A stretch of DNA of 64,000 bases from Myxococcota bacterium. Its GTDB lineage: Bacteria > Myxococcota_A > Bradymonadia > UBA4248. A program made the position numbers and the translations under genes. The stretch covers positions 4,488-68,487 of the forward strand of contig JAZRVP010000002.1 of NCBI GenBank assembly GCA_045599245.1. Reading direction: 5' to 3'. Below the pieces are notes generated by a model. It was not told the origin of the DNA, did not search any database, and worked only from the letters and a program-made list of their open reading frames with translations. This document shows positions 23,456 to 33,339 of this stretch, piece after piece (the first letter of the stretch is position 1; each line of letters starts with the position of its first letter).

Positions 23456-26035
23456 GTGAACTACCGAAGACTTTTCTCAATCAGCATTTTATCAGCACTC
23501 ACCGTGGCCGGATGTGCAGACAGCGTCTCCAACCCAATTCAGCCGGCAACCTGCGGAAACAATGTCCGTGAACTCAATGAAGTCTGTGATGGAACCGATT
23601 TAAACAATCTTTCATGCAGCCATTTTAAAATGGGCTCAACGGGAACGCTGGCCTGTGCAGCCGACTGCACCAAATATGAGATTTCAGGCTGTTCGGCACC
23701 AACCTGTGGAAACAATATCCTGGATGCCAACGAAGACTGTGATGGCGCACTGTTTGCGAACATGAAAAATGTCTGTCCCGCCGGAACCACGGGAACACCC
23801 GTATGTGTCAACTGCCAGATCACGGGCTGCACCCCTGTCACGCCATCCCCAACCTCGAAATGCGGAAACAACATACTTGAAACTGGCGAAGTCTGCGACG
23901 GCACGGATGTCGGCGGCAAAACATGCAACGACTTCATCGCCGGTTCTCAGGGTACGGTATCATGTCAGACAGACTGTCTCGCCTATAATGCCACCCAGTG
24001 CAAACTCGAAACCTGCGGAAACAAGTCCATTGATGCCGGAGAGGACTGTGACGATACCGCATTTGCCCCGGGCAAAGACAAATGCCCGGACGGTTATACG
24101 GGAACACCGGTTTGTGACGTAAACTGCACAATATCGGGCTGCACACCGATCGCCAAAGACTGCGATGACGGCGCATCCAAATGCGAAAATAATGCAGTGT
24201 CACAGTGCGCCGGCGGAAAATGGGTTGAAATCCAAAAATGCGAATATGGATGCAACGGAAATGTCTGCAACACCGAAGCTCCTGCCGGCTGCAACAACAA
24301 CAAACTCGATGCCGGTGAAGATTGCGACGGAACTTTGTTTGCCGATGGCAAAGACAAATGCCCGGACGGCTACACCGGCACTCCGGTCTGCAACGAGAAT
24401 TGCGTCGTCACGGGTTGCACACCGACACAGGAAGAAAAGCCCAAATGCGGCGATGGTGAAGTCAACCAGGAGAGTGAGGAATGCGACGGAACAAAATTCG
24501 CCGCTGGAAAAGACACATGTCCCGACGGATACACCGGCACACCGAGTTGTGACGCCGCGACATGCAAAGTCACCGGTTGCACACCTGTAACTGACACACC
24601 CAAATGCGGTGACGGTGAAGTCAACCAGGAAAGTGAAGAATGCGACGGAACAAAATTCGCCGCTGGAAAAGATACATGTCCCTCAGGATATACAGGCACT
24701 CCGGTTTGTGACCCCAACACGTGCAAAGTTACCGGATGCACGGAAGAATCGAGTGAAATCGAAATTAAGTGTACAGACAACGTACTCCAGATGTGCGAAA
24801 ACGGCACATGCATCGATGACAAAGATTGTACGGTCAGTGCCAAATTATGCGATGCTCAGAAAGGCGAATGCGTCGAACACGATTTCACATGCGACGGCAC
24901 AAAAATGGTCTTCGGCAACGACGGAACCGTTGACTGCAGCAAACGAAAAGACGGTCAGGTCGGCTGCGCCGATGCATTCGGCTGTGCCGATCAGTACTGC
25001 TCCGGAAACAAGCTCATGGACGGCACCAACGTCCAGATTGACTGCTCAAGTTTCGGCGGCACATGTGACAACACACTCGTCGAATGCGTCTGCACTGAAG
25101 ACGTCATCGGCTGTTTCGACAACGGTTCGAAAAAAATTTCCGTCGTGTGCGATGAAACAGGTGCCGAGATTGATTACTGCGCCGGCGACTGCGACGACAA
25201 CAACGGCTGCCTCGCCAAAGAACCTTCCTGCGGCGACGGCGAAATCAATACCGTCAACGGCGTGGCCGAACTCTGCGATTACGACAGCAACAACAAGCCC
25301 ATCTGGACTTCTGTTTACAACCAGTACTTCGTCAACTACGAACCAACCTGCAACTTCTATAATTACAGCCAGGGCGGCGACGTCATCTACGTCTCCGGTG
25401 CACCTTCCTGCAAAAACAAAAATAACAAGTGCAGCATCGATGTCTCGACCTGCAATGTCGCAACCGACGCCGATTTCGTCGATGTTTATTCCTGGAATTT
25501 CTCATCCATGGACTACATCAAAAATCTTACCAACAGCACGAACAGCAACAAAATCGGCGGTGTTGCCATTCATCACACGAGTGAAAATGACGGATTTAAA
25601 GTCAGTCAGTATGTCAAAGAAGATAAAGCCTGGCAGATCGGTTCCTGGACAAAAGGCACAAATCCCGATTTTGAAAACACTTATATGTGGTTCAAGGCCG
25701 GTGATGCCAAAAACAACGTCGTCCAAATTACCTTTGACATCAAACGCGCTGAAACCGGCCCGCAAAAAGCCCAGCTTCAGTTCTTTGACGGCACCACGGC
25801 TCTCAAAGAAAAAGTCAACAACAAGGAAGTCGATGCCAAATCCGCCGTCATTGATATACCAAAGAAAGACACCTATTATCCCGTCACGATCATTTATCGC
25901 CCCGATCGCTATCATGCCAACGAAGTTGTCGAAAACTTCACGTTCAAACTCACGGGTTATTCGGCCACAACAGGCGATGGAAACGGCTCAATGTCGATCA
26001 AAAATGTCGTCGTTAAAAGTGTGAATGCCCTCTAA
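23456..26035 (+). CDS. Cys-rich repeat surface lipoprotein (about 8 repeats TCGN..D.GE.CDGT.F....D.CP.GYTGTP.C.-C.VTGCTP) with C-terminal beta-sandwich-like domain
   Basis: Lipoprotein signal MNYRRLFSISILSALTVAGC. The protein-level repeats are very regular. There is a near-identical ~150-nt tandem DNA duplication at 24441..24745. The C-terminal ~300 aa are non-repetitive. Confidence 0.85.
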   Translation: MNYRRLFSISILSALTVAGCADSVSNPIQPATCGNNVRELNEVCDGTDLNNLSCSHFKMGSTGTLACAADCTKYEISGCSAPTCGNNILDANEDCDGALFANMKNVCPAGTTGTPVCVNCQITGCTPVTPSPTSKCGNNILETGEVCDGTDVGGKTCNDFIAGSQGTVSCQTDCLAYNATQCKLETCGNKSIDAGEDCDDTAFAPGKDKCPDGYTGTPVCDVNCTISGCTPIAKDCDDGASKCENNAVSQCAGGKWVEIQKCEYGCNGNVCNTEAPAGCNNNKLDAGEDCDGTLFADGKDKCPDGYTGTPVCNENCVVTGCTPTQEEKPKCGDGEVNQESEECDGTKFAAGKDTCPDGYTGTPSCDAATCKVTGCTPVTDTPKCGDGEVNQESEECDGTKFAAGKDTCPSGYTGTPVCDPNTCKVTGCTEESSEIEIKCTDNVLQMCENGTCIDDKDCTVSAKLCDAQKGECVEHDFTCDGTKMVFGNDGTVDCSKRKDGQVGCADAFGCADQYCSGNKLMDGTNVQIDCSSFGGTCDNTLVECVCTEDVIGCFDNGSKKISVVCDETGAEIDYCAGDCDDNNGCLAKEPSCGDGEINTVNGVAELCDYDSNNKPIWTSVYNQYFVNYEPTCNFYNYSQGGDVIYVSGAPSCKNKNNKCSIDVSTCNVATDADFVDVYSWNFSSMDYIKNLTNSTNSNKIGGVAIHHTSENDGFKVSQYVKEDKAWQIGSWTKGTNPDFENTYMWFKAGDAKNNVVQITFDIKRAETGPQKAQLQFFDGTTALKEKVNNKEVDAKSAVIDIPKKDTYYPVTIIYRPDRYHANEVVENFTFKLTGYSATTGDGNGSMSIKNVVVKSVNAL

Positions 26036-26074
26036 TTCCACAATTTCAACCGGCGCCTTGAGGCGCCAGCCGAA

Positions 26075-26102
26075 AGCCCGTTTTTACGGGCTTTTTTTTT
26101 GT
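26075..26102 (+). terminator. Rho-independent terminator (preceded by a second hairpin ggcgcc-ttga-ggcgcc at 26052..26067)
   Basis: gcccgt-tttt-acgggc followed by T9. Confidence 0.75.
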
Positions 26103-26169
26103 GTTTTTAAACCCAAATCGAGTAAAATCAGTGTTTTGTGATGGTCGTTTTTTATCTGGAGTTCCTGTT

Positions 26170-29100
26170 ATGAAAAAATATTGTTTCCGCGCAATGCTGC
26201 TTGCCGTTCTCATCACGGGATGCGGCAGTGAATCGGATGATTTGACTTTTTCAATCTTTGCCGATCCATCGCGCACCCATGCCCCGGGCGATATCACATT
26301 TGAACTGACGAGAGACGATGGCGAACCCGTCACGGAGTGCTCGGGAAAATGGGATTTTGGAGACGGCATCACCCTTGCGGGCGACTACGAGGCCAGTCAC
26401 CACTATCGAGATGCAGGAAAATACAAAGTCTCCGTTGCACTGACCTGTGACGACAAAAAAGGCAAGGCCTCGACCGACGTCGAAGTCTTCGGAACTGTCG
26501 ATCTCGGCGTTGCCGCCGTCGAGGCACGCCCCCTCGATATCAGCACAAACGGAACGCTTTCCGTCTCATTTCAGGTCTCAAACGGCGCCAATAACGCCCT
26601 CCAGATTCCGACCTATATCGACATCTATCTCACACCGACGGCTTCAGAAACGGCCTATCTCGAGTCCGGCGCATCGCGCATTTTCCGGCACACACTTCCC
26701 TCTCTTCCCGCCGCCGGAAATGAAAACAGTGTCCAGAAAATTGAACTCGACATCCCCCTGGATGCCTCCATTCGAACCGGCGCCTATTACCTTTCCGCCG
26801 TCATCAATCCCGATCATCAAATCGGCGAGGTCAGCTACGCCAACAACGTCGCCTTCGGAACACAGGCCGTCACGGTTAGAAATCAGGCCACAGACGGCGC
26901 CGATTTCGTCGCCTCACGCCTCCAGGTTTCACCCCCTGTCACTTCGATTCTAACCTCGGCAACCGCCCAGTTCGACATCATCAACCAGGGCTCCACAACC
27001 GCCGAAACCTTCCGTTATGAAGTCTGGATCGGCGCCAAAGACAACGCCGAAAACATGGACGGCGCCACAAAAATTCATGAGTCCACCATCGATGGAGGAA
27101 TGTCCGGCGTCGAACAGTCATTCAAAAACATTCTCCTCTCGATCACCCCGGCCATTTCCGATCCCGGTCTTTATTACTTCTGGCTCGTACTCGATCCCAA
27201 CGATGCCATCGTCGAACGTGACGAATCCAATAATACCGTCAGAAGTTCCGCCCCCATCCAGATTACCAACGAGCCCGTTCTGGATGCCGACATCACCGTC
27301 GAAAAACTCACGTTTGCCCCCACATCAACCAATCCTGGCGGCACGTTTTCCGCCACCGTCGATCTCTACAACCAGGGGTCACAGCCCACCGGCTCTTTCG
27401 TCTGCACAATATTCCTCTCCAACGACATGTCCCTCGATATCGACAAAGATTCCATCGTCGGTTCTCTCAACGTCGATAACCTTCTCCCGCTCAGTTCCCA
27501 GACCATGACCGGCATCATGGAAACCGACACCGGCATCACGCCGGGAAAATACTGGGTTTATGCCTTCTGCGACTCGAGCGGTGTCGTGTCCGAGGCCAAT
27601 GAAGACAACAACATTCAAAGAAGTGAAAACCAGCTCGTCGTGACCAGTGACGCCGACATCGATCTCGTCTTCGGACCGCCTCAGCTCGAATCCACCAGCA
27701 CTCTCAATGACGGAAACGATATCTCAATGTCAGTCATGTACTGCAACAAAGGATCGACAAGTGCCGGTCCCTCCTACGTCTCCGTCATGCGAATCAATCG
27801 ATGCGACAACACGGAAACCGAATTCAGCCGCATTCTCGTCGAAGGCATGGACGCCGGACACTGCGAAAACGTTTACGCAAAAGCTCCGCTCGTCTGCGAC
27901 TTCTGGTGCCCCAACTACGCATTCTATTTCATCGCCGATTCCACGATGATCGTCGATGAAACCGAAGAAAAAAACAACACGAAAAATCTCCAGGAAAAAA
28001 TCACGATGTCCGGCGACAACTGCGTCTGCGCCGGAGACAAATATGAGCCCAATGATCGCATCTCCGAGGCCGCACTCGTCCGCGCTGTCCATGACGACCT
28101 CACGCTCTGCCCGAATGATGCCGACCTCTTCCAGCTCGACCTCGTCGAAGGCGAAACAACAGAAATCCATCTCTCGCACGATCACCTGAAATCCCCACTG
28201 GAACTGTCCATGATTCGCGGCTCCGACGTCATCAGCTCCGTTTCGGGTTCCGACGACCTCTACCTGACCGATCTCCACGCCATCAACACAAAACAGATGC
28301 CGACCTACGTCAAAATCTCCGGCCTCACGGCCACAGACGCCAATCGATATCACCTCGATGCCGACATCTATTCGACGATCACAGGCATCGATTTGGCCGC
28401 ATCAACGCTCAAGATCGAGGACGATGCCCTCAACGCCTCCGATAACCGGCGCGTGTCCATGATCCTGACCAATCTCGGAAAATCGACCTCTCCTTCGGTC
28501 TCGATCGGATACTACCTGTCACGAACCACTCAAATCGATGACTCCGCCTGGCGTCTTGCCCGACAGACCGTCTCCCCTATCCCACCCAATACGACCACCG
28601 CTCCGGCCATCAACCTCAAACTCCCGGCCGATACCGAAGGCGGCAGCTACTTCCTCATCGCAAAAGTCGACGACGAGAACGAAATCAAAGATGCCCGCCC
28701 GTCAAACAACATCGTCCGAACCCCGCTGTGGAAGTTTGAACGAAGCTGCTGGGACATCCTCGATCCCAATGACACGATCGAAACCGCCCGCACCATCCCC
28801 CTCAAGGACGGACAGTTCCATCAGGACGAACTCGCAGTCTGCCAAAACAATCCCGATTTTTACGTCATCGACATGAAAAACGGTTACAGCCTCGACATCA
28901 CCGCAACGACAACCGGAACCGGCGACTTTGACCTGGTCCTCTACGACCAGAATTTCAACGAAATCGTCTCCAGCCGAACCGGTTCCGCCACCGAATCGAT
29001 CCATCGGGACGCCGTCATTGGAGACCAGAAACTCTATCTCCAGGTCTTCCTGCTTGAGAACATCTACAACGCCAAAGAGGCCGCCTACACCCTCGACATC

Positions 29101-30132
29101 AAGACCGCAAAGGCGCCTGAATGGCTCTCATGCAACGCGGATTTCGAGCCCAATGACTATCCGTCGTCAGCTTATGACCTTGTCAAGGCCGCCAAATCCG
29201 GCAAGACGCTCGAACTGTGCCCCTCCACCGACGAAGATTATTACAAAATCGATCTCCACGAGGGCGACCGCCTGCAGCTCGGTTTCAAGACTGAGGCCAC
29301 GGGGCTTCGCGCCGCTCTTTACGTCGGCACGGAACAACGCTTTCTCAAACTCCTCACGAATCCGGCCGCTCAGGGACTCGATTACACCGCAACCGAAGAC
29401 AACACGTACTATCTTCGCATCTACACAAACGTAACCAATGCCCCGACCATGCCCTACCAGCTCCAGTGGCTTGGCACGGAAGGCGTCGATATGGCCGTTT
29501 CCAACCTGAAATACGCCCCGGAAATTCCATCCGCCGGTTCCCCGATAACCGTCGATTACGACATTCATAACCGAGGATCGGTCGAAACCGCCTACAATAC
29601 CGCCGTTACACTCACGACGAATCAGCCCTACACGCTCGCGACGGCTTCCGGAAAACTCGCCCCAGGCGCCACCGAAAACGCGCGTCATAAAATCACAATC
29701 CCCTCACAAATTCAGGGCTTTGCGACGCTATCTGTCACCGTTTCGGCCGATGGCGACGAATCCTCCGGTAACGATCGCCAAATGCTCGAATTCACCATTC
29801 TGGCCGCCTGCATGAACGACGACAATGAACCGAACGACAACATCCTGCGCGCAACGCCGATCGAACACGCCATTCAAGGCACTCTCTGCCCCAATGACGA
29901 AGACTGGTTCAAAGCCGTCCTGACCGAAGCCGCAGCCGCGACTCTCAAATTCTCGCACGAGAACGGCGATCTCGATCTCGAGGCCTACGACGAAAACGGT
30001 GAACTCATCGGACAAAGTACGAGTGCAAATGACATCGAACGCATCGAGCTGCCAAATGCCGGCACATACTATCTTCGCGTTCGCGGGTCGAGTTCATCGG
30101 ATACGGGAACTTATGAGCTGACAATCGAGTAG
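26170..30132 (+). CDS. large surface lipoprotein with PKD domain, multiple CARDB-like domains and four pre-peptidase C-terminal (PPC)-like domains
   Basis: The start was re-set to MKKYCFRAMLLAVLITGC at 26170. The PKD motif is WDFGDGITLAGDYEASHHYRDAGKYKVSV. Repeated domain ends ..NNVAFG, ..SNNTVRS, ..EDNNIQRS, ..EKNNTKN, ..PSNNIVRT, ..SGNDRQM are typical of CARDB. The PPC-like modules are EPNDRISEA...DLFQLDL, DPNDTIETA...DFYVIDM, EPNDYPSSA...DYYKIDL, EPNDNILRA...DWFKAVL...GTYELTIE. Confidence 0.85.
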   Translation: MKKYCFRAMLLAVLITGCGSESDDLTFSIFADPSRTHAPGDITFELTRDDGEPVTECSGKWDFGDGITLAGDYEASHHYRDAGKYKVSVALTCDDKKGKASTDVEVFGTVDLGVAAVEARPLDISTNGTLSVSFQVSNGANNALQIPTYIDIYLTPTASETAYLESGASRIFRHTLPSLPAAGNENSVQKIELDIPLDASIRTGAYYLSAVINPDHQIGEVSYANNVAFGTQAVTVRNQATDGADFVASRLQVSPPVTSILTSATAQFDIINQGSTTAETFRYEVWIGAKDNAENMDGATKIHESTIDGGMSGVEQSFKNILLSITPAISDPGLYYFWLVLDPNDAIVERDESNNTVRSSAPIQITNEPVLDADITVEKLTFAPTSTNPGGTFSATVDLYNQGSQPTGSFVCTIFLSNDMSLDIDKDSIVGSLNVDNLLPLSSQTMTGIMETDTGITPGKYWVYAFCDSSGVVSEANEDNNIQRSENQLVVTSDADIDLVFGPPQLESTSTLNDGNDISMSVMYCNKGSTSAGPSYVSVMRINRCDNTETEFSRILVEGMDAGHCENVYAKAPLVCDFWCPNYAFYFIADSTMIVDETEEKNNTKNLQEKITMSGDNCVCAGDKYEPNDRISEAALVRAVHDDLTLCPNDADLFQLDLVEGETTEIHLSHDHLKSPLELSMIRGSDVISSVSGSDDLYLTDLHAINTKQMPTYVKISGLTATDANRYHLDADIYSTITGIDLAASTLKIEDDALNASDNRRVSMILTNLGKSTSPSVSIGYYLSRTTQIDDSAWRLARQTVSPIPPNTTTAPAINLKLPADTEGGSYFLIAKVDDENEIKDARPSNNIVRTPLWKFERSCWDILDPNDTIETARTIPLKDGQFHQDELAVCQNNPDFYVIDMKNGYSLDITATTTGTGDFDLVLYDQNFNEIVSSRTGSATESIHRDAVIGDQKLYLQVFLLENIYNAKEAAYTLDIKTAKAPEWLSCNADFEPNDYPSSAYDLVKAAKSGKTLELCPSTDEDYYKIDLHEGDRLQLGFKTEATGLRAALYVGTEQRFLKLLTNPAAQGLDYTATEDNTYYLRIYTNVTNAPTMPYQLQWLGTEGVDMAVSNLKYAPEIPSAGSPITVDYDIHNRGSVETAYNTAVTLTTNQPYTLATASGKLAPGATENARHKITIPSQIQGFATLSVTVSADGDESSGNDRQMLEFTILAACMNDDNEPNDNILRATPIEHAIQGTLCPNDEDWFKAVLTEAAAATLKFSHENGDLDLEAYDENGELIGQSTSANDIERIELPNAGTYYLRVRGSSSSDTGTYELTIE

Positions 30133-30281
30133 GCGATCCTATGCGCCGCAGACGCATACGGATCGCGGCGGCGCGGCCTAATAGATACGGCCGCGCTGCT
30201 TTTTTTTAAGAAAATCGCCGGGCGTATGGCGCAGGCCATAGACCGGCGCGCGGGGCGTATGGCGCAGGCCATAGTCCCGCC
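30133..30281. repeat. hairpin cluster plus terminator plus 2x tandem GGGCGTATGGCGCAGGCCATAG repeat (family member R6)
   Basis: gcgatcctatgcg..cgcatacggatcgc; gcgcggcc-taatagatac-ggccgcgc followed by T8 (terminator of the 26170 gene); then two tandem copies of gggcgtatggcgcaggccatag(a/t)cc. Confidence 0.65.
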
Positions 30282-30325
30282 CACAATCTTATTTCATCCC
30301 CTTTATCTGCAAGGTTTCACACGAT

Positions 30326-31984
30326 ATGACACGACAAAACACGCGTTCTCTTGCCAAAAATCCGAAGAAAAAGTCTGCCGGGACGGACACCGTTCGAAGC
30401 CTGACCACTGCCGTTCAGAAAAATTTGGAAGACGGACACTTTGATGAAGCCCTCACCCAGGCCCGTGAACTCGAACAAAACGCGCGCCCGGAAGGCGACG
30501 AGGCGGCCATCTATCTTACCTCAATGGTCTGGCAAATACGCGCACTTCAGGGCCTCAAACGCGATCGAGACGACATCGAAAACGCCGCCCGGCACTACGC
30601 CGAAGAAGCCGAAAAACTCGGCGATTTCAGACGCGTCGTCCAGGCAAACCGGATTGCTGCACAGGCCTATATCGATACCGGCACCTGGACCGTTGCCTGC
30701 GAATATCTCGAAAAAGCCCTGTCAGCCGCCATGGCTCACCAGTTCGGACGCGAAACACTCGAACTTCTCATGCATTTGAGTGCGCTCGAACTCAAGCTCT
30801 GCCACTACTGCGAAGCCATTGACTACCTGTCCCGGGCCATGCAGGCCATCACCCCCAACGGGGCGATTCGCGAGGATTTTCGAGACCTGGGGGCCATCGG
30901 CTACCGCCAGCTGTGCGAACTCTACGACACCATCGGCGACGGTCAGAACGCCTGCGACGCCCTCGAAAAAGCCCAGTCCGCCACCACCCGAGATCCCGAA
31001 GAACTATGGATGCAGCAGCTCATACTTGCCCGTTTTGACATGCGTTCCGGCGACGCCGACGCTTCTTGCGCGCGACTCAAAAAGATCGAATCCGACGTCA
31101 AAAAAGCCGTCTGCGACGGTCACTCGCGATGCGAACAACTCGCCATGGTTCAAATCGAATACGCCCAGGCACTCTGGAACAACGGCGAATACGAAATAGC
31201 TACCCAAAAGCTCGATGCCATCGGGATTTCCGAGGCCGATCACGCCATGAAAACAGCTCGCGCACTGACGAAATTTCAGTGGGCCGTCGAGGCCGGTCTG
31301 CCGGCCATGAACCCCGATGAATACAGCCGCATCTTTTCTGAAACATGCAACGAAGCCGAGAACACGGATATCCAAATTCTGCTCGCCGCCGCACTGACAC
31401 AGGCTTCGGTCGAAATCGAACGCGGTCACTACGACACCACCCTTGAGAGCCTTCTTCACATTGCCCAGACGGCCGCCTTCACCCAGCTCATTCCGTTTGC
31501 GACGCGCGCACTCGCGCTTCGCGGGCACATTTTTCACGCCCAGGGGAGCTATTCCGAGGCCGCCTGCGACGGCCGTGATGCCTGCGAAACGTTTGTCGAT
31601 CACGTCGATGACGTCTGTGCAAAACAGGCAGCAGCCCTCATGCTGCGCGCTCAAATCGACCTGACCCAGTCACAGGGAAACATGACGGTCGATGAAGGCG
31701 AAATCGCCGCCTTTGAACAGCTCGTGAACGATTTGTCCCGGTTTGAAGCCCATCATCACGCCGCTGCCTTCATCGATCTCGGACTGGAGCTCATCCAAAT
31801 CGCCGAAAAAATCGGCCGAATCGATACCGCCAAAGACATCCTCAAACGCCTTGATTCATGGATTGTATCGCCCTATATGGCGCATCGCGCCATGGTCTTC
31901 ATGCGCCTCAAGGCGCGACTCACGAAAGACGATACGCTGCTCGAAAAAGCAAATGAAATCGCTCGCGAAAACGCCTTTGTTTGA
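30326..31984 (+). CDS. TPR-like helical repeat protein
   Basis: 552 aa, alpha-helical repeat character throughout, no signal peptide. Confidence 0.7.
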   Translation: MTRQNTRSLAKNPKKKSAGTDTVRSLTTAVQKNLEDGHFDEALTQARELEQNARPEGDEAAIYLTSMVWQIRALQGLKRDRDDIENAARHYAEEAEKLGDFRRVVQANRIAAQAYIDTGTWTVACEYLEKALSAAMAHQFGRETLELLMHLSALELKLCHYCEAIDYLSRAMQAITPNGAIREDFRDLGAIGYRQLCELYDTIGDGQNACDALEKAQSATTRDPEELWMQQLILARFDMRSGDADASCARLKKIESDVKKAVCDGHSRCEQLAMVQIEYAQALWNNGEYEIATQKLDAIGISEADHAMKTARALTKFQWAVEAGLPAMNPDEYSRIFSETCNEAENTDIQILLAAALTQASVEIERGHYDTTLESLLHIAQTAAFTQLIPFATRALALRGHIFHAQGSYSEAACDGRDACETFVDHVDDVCAKQAAALMLRAQIDLTQSQGNMTVDEGEIAAFEQLVNDLSRFEAHHHAAAFIDLGLELIQIAEKIGRIDTAKDILKRLDSWIVSPYMAHRAMVFMRLKARLTKDDTLLEKANEIARENAFV

Positions 31985-31995
31985 CATGATGCGGG

Positions 31996-33255
31996 ATGCC
32001 GCACAGCCAGGCCCTCGAGGCCGATAGAAGCATTATTTTGAGAAAACACGACCACAGACATACATCCTCAGAGATGCATCCCGATGAAATTCTTGCGCGC
32101 GCACTGCTGCGCACCCAGGCTGATTACGACGACGTCGTATCGACGATTTCCTATTCTCGCGGTTTTCCCGTCTGGACTCACCGACAGACGGTTCTCTTTA
32201 TTCTTCGTCAGGACAACGGCCCCTGGGCGGTACGGGGCGATTTCAACGACTGGAATCCGTTTCCGATGCAGCAGGCCGAAAACGGCCTGTGGTATGCCGA
32301 ACTTCGCATACCGCGAATGATCGGTCAGGGGATTCGATACAGCTATATCAACGCCGAAAACGAGGTTATTGCCGATCCGCTTGCGCGCTGTTTTGGCGAA
32401 GACAACGACGGAGAATTTTCCTATCTCAAGCGGCCCTCCCGCACGCAGTACCTCATGCGCTGGAATGATTTCAAAAGCCCGCAGGGCCTGAAATCGCGTC
32501 CGCTTCACATCCTTGTTCCGCCCAATCCCGGGCCTTATGACGTTCTTTATGTTCACGACGGCCAGAACCTTTTCAGCAAGGACAGCATTTGCGGCGGCTG
32601 GAAACTGTGTGAAAACATGGCCGAAATCGGCGGAAATTTTCTCATCGTCGGCATCTGGAACAGTCCGGACAGAATGCGAGAATACACGCACGCAACCGAC
32701 CTGTACGATGACGACTATCACGCGACACTGGGCAGGAAATACGCGTCATTTGTCGAGGAAACGGTTCGTCCGTTCATCGAGTCGCATTTTGAAACGACGC
32801 CGCGAGCCGGCCTGATGGGTTCATCCCTTGGCGGCCTCATCAGCCTGTATATTGCGAACTGCTATCCCGGACGGTATGACTCGGTGTTTGCACTCTCGCC
32901 GACGACGGCCTGGGGGCACTTTGGGAGCGACAACGGACCTCTGATTCGCGATTTTTATGAGAAATCAGGCCATCAAAACACGTTTCTGTACATCGATCAC
33001 GGCGGCATGTTTCCGAAAGAAGGGATGCCGGATGTCTTTGACCGCAAGGCCGCGATACGAGATGAATCGGGCTGGGCCAGTCCGTACGACAACTGCTGTC
33101 ATACGTTTGATTTTGTGTCGGCCCTGGTCGAACTTGGCTACCGTCAGAGCGTCGATATGTTTTACCAGCACATTCCCGGGGCGATGCACAACGAAGGCGC
33201 GTGGGCCTCGCGCGTAAGCCGGCCGCTGCGGCTATTCATGCAAAAGAAAAAGTAG
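31996..33255 (+). CDS. esterase (putative-esterase / enterochelin-esterase-like alpha/beta fold) with N-terminal CBM48/E-set glycogen-binding-like domain
   Basis: WAVRGDFNDWNPFPMQQAENGLWYAELRI (E-set/CBM48-like), followed by the GSSLGG nucleophile elbow and a C-terminal HNEGAW region. An alternative start MHPDEIL lies at 32074. Confidence 0.75.
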   Translation: MPHSQALEADRSIILRKHDHRHTSSEMHPDEILARALLRTQADYDDVVSTISYSRGFPVWTHRQTVLFILRQDNGPWAVRGDFNDWNPFPMQQAENGLWYAELRIPRMIGQGIRYSYINAENEVIADPLARCFGEDNDGEFSYLKRPSRTQYLMRWNDFKSPQGLKSRPLHILVPPNPGPYDVLYVHDGQNLFSKDSICGGWKLCENMAEIGGNFLIVGIWNSPDRMREYTHATDLYDDDYHATLGRKYASFVEETVRPFIESHFETTPRAGLMGSSLGGLISLYIANCYPGRYDSVFALSPTTAWGHFGSDNGPLIRDFYEKSGHQNTFLYIDHGGMFPKEGMPDVFDRKAAIRDESGWASPYDNCCHTFDFVSALVELGYRQSVDMFYQHIPGAMHNEGAWASRVSRPLRLFMQKKK

Positions 33256-33330
33256 GCCGGGCGTATCGCTAAGGCGATAGCCCGGCAGGCGAGCCGTAGA
33301 GCCGCAAAATTTTACGGCTCAAGACGAGCC
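33254..33330. repeat. two hairpins between convergent genes (family member R7)
   Basis: gccgggcgtatcgc-taag-gcgatagcccggc (compare R4) and gccg-caaaatttta-cggc. Confidence 0.6.
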
Positions 33331-33339
33331 AAAACGGCA

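Noticed and set aside
30219-30281. Possible CRISPR array (also 53464..53521)
   Set aside because: Only two direct repeat copies each, the repeats are themselves hairpins of the intergenic family, and there are no unique spacers of uniform length and no cas genes in the window.
30226-30444. 72-aa ORF beginning MAQAIDRRAGRMAQAI
   Set aside because: It is the translation of the tandem GGGCGTATGGCGCAGGCCATAG repeat. The downstream part overlaps the true start region of the TPR gene in another frame.
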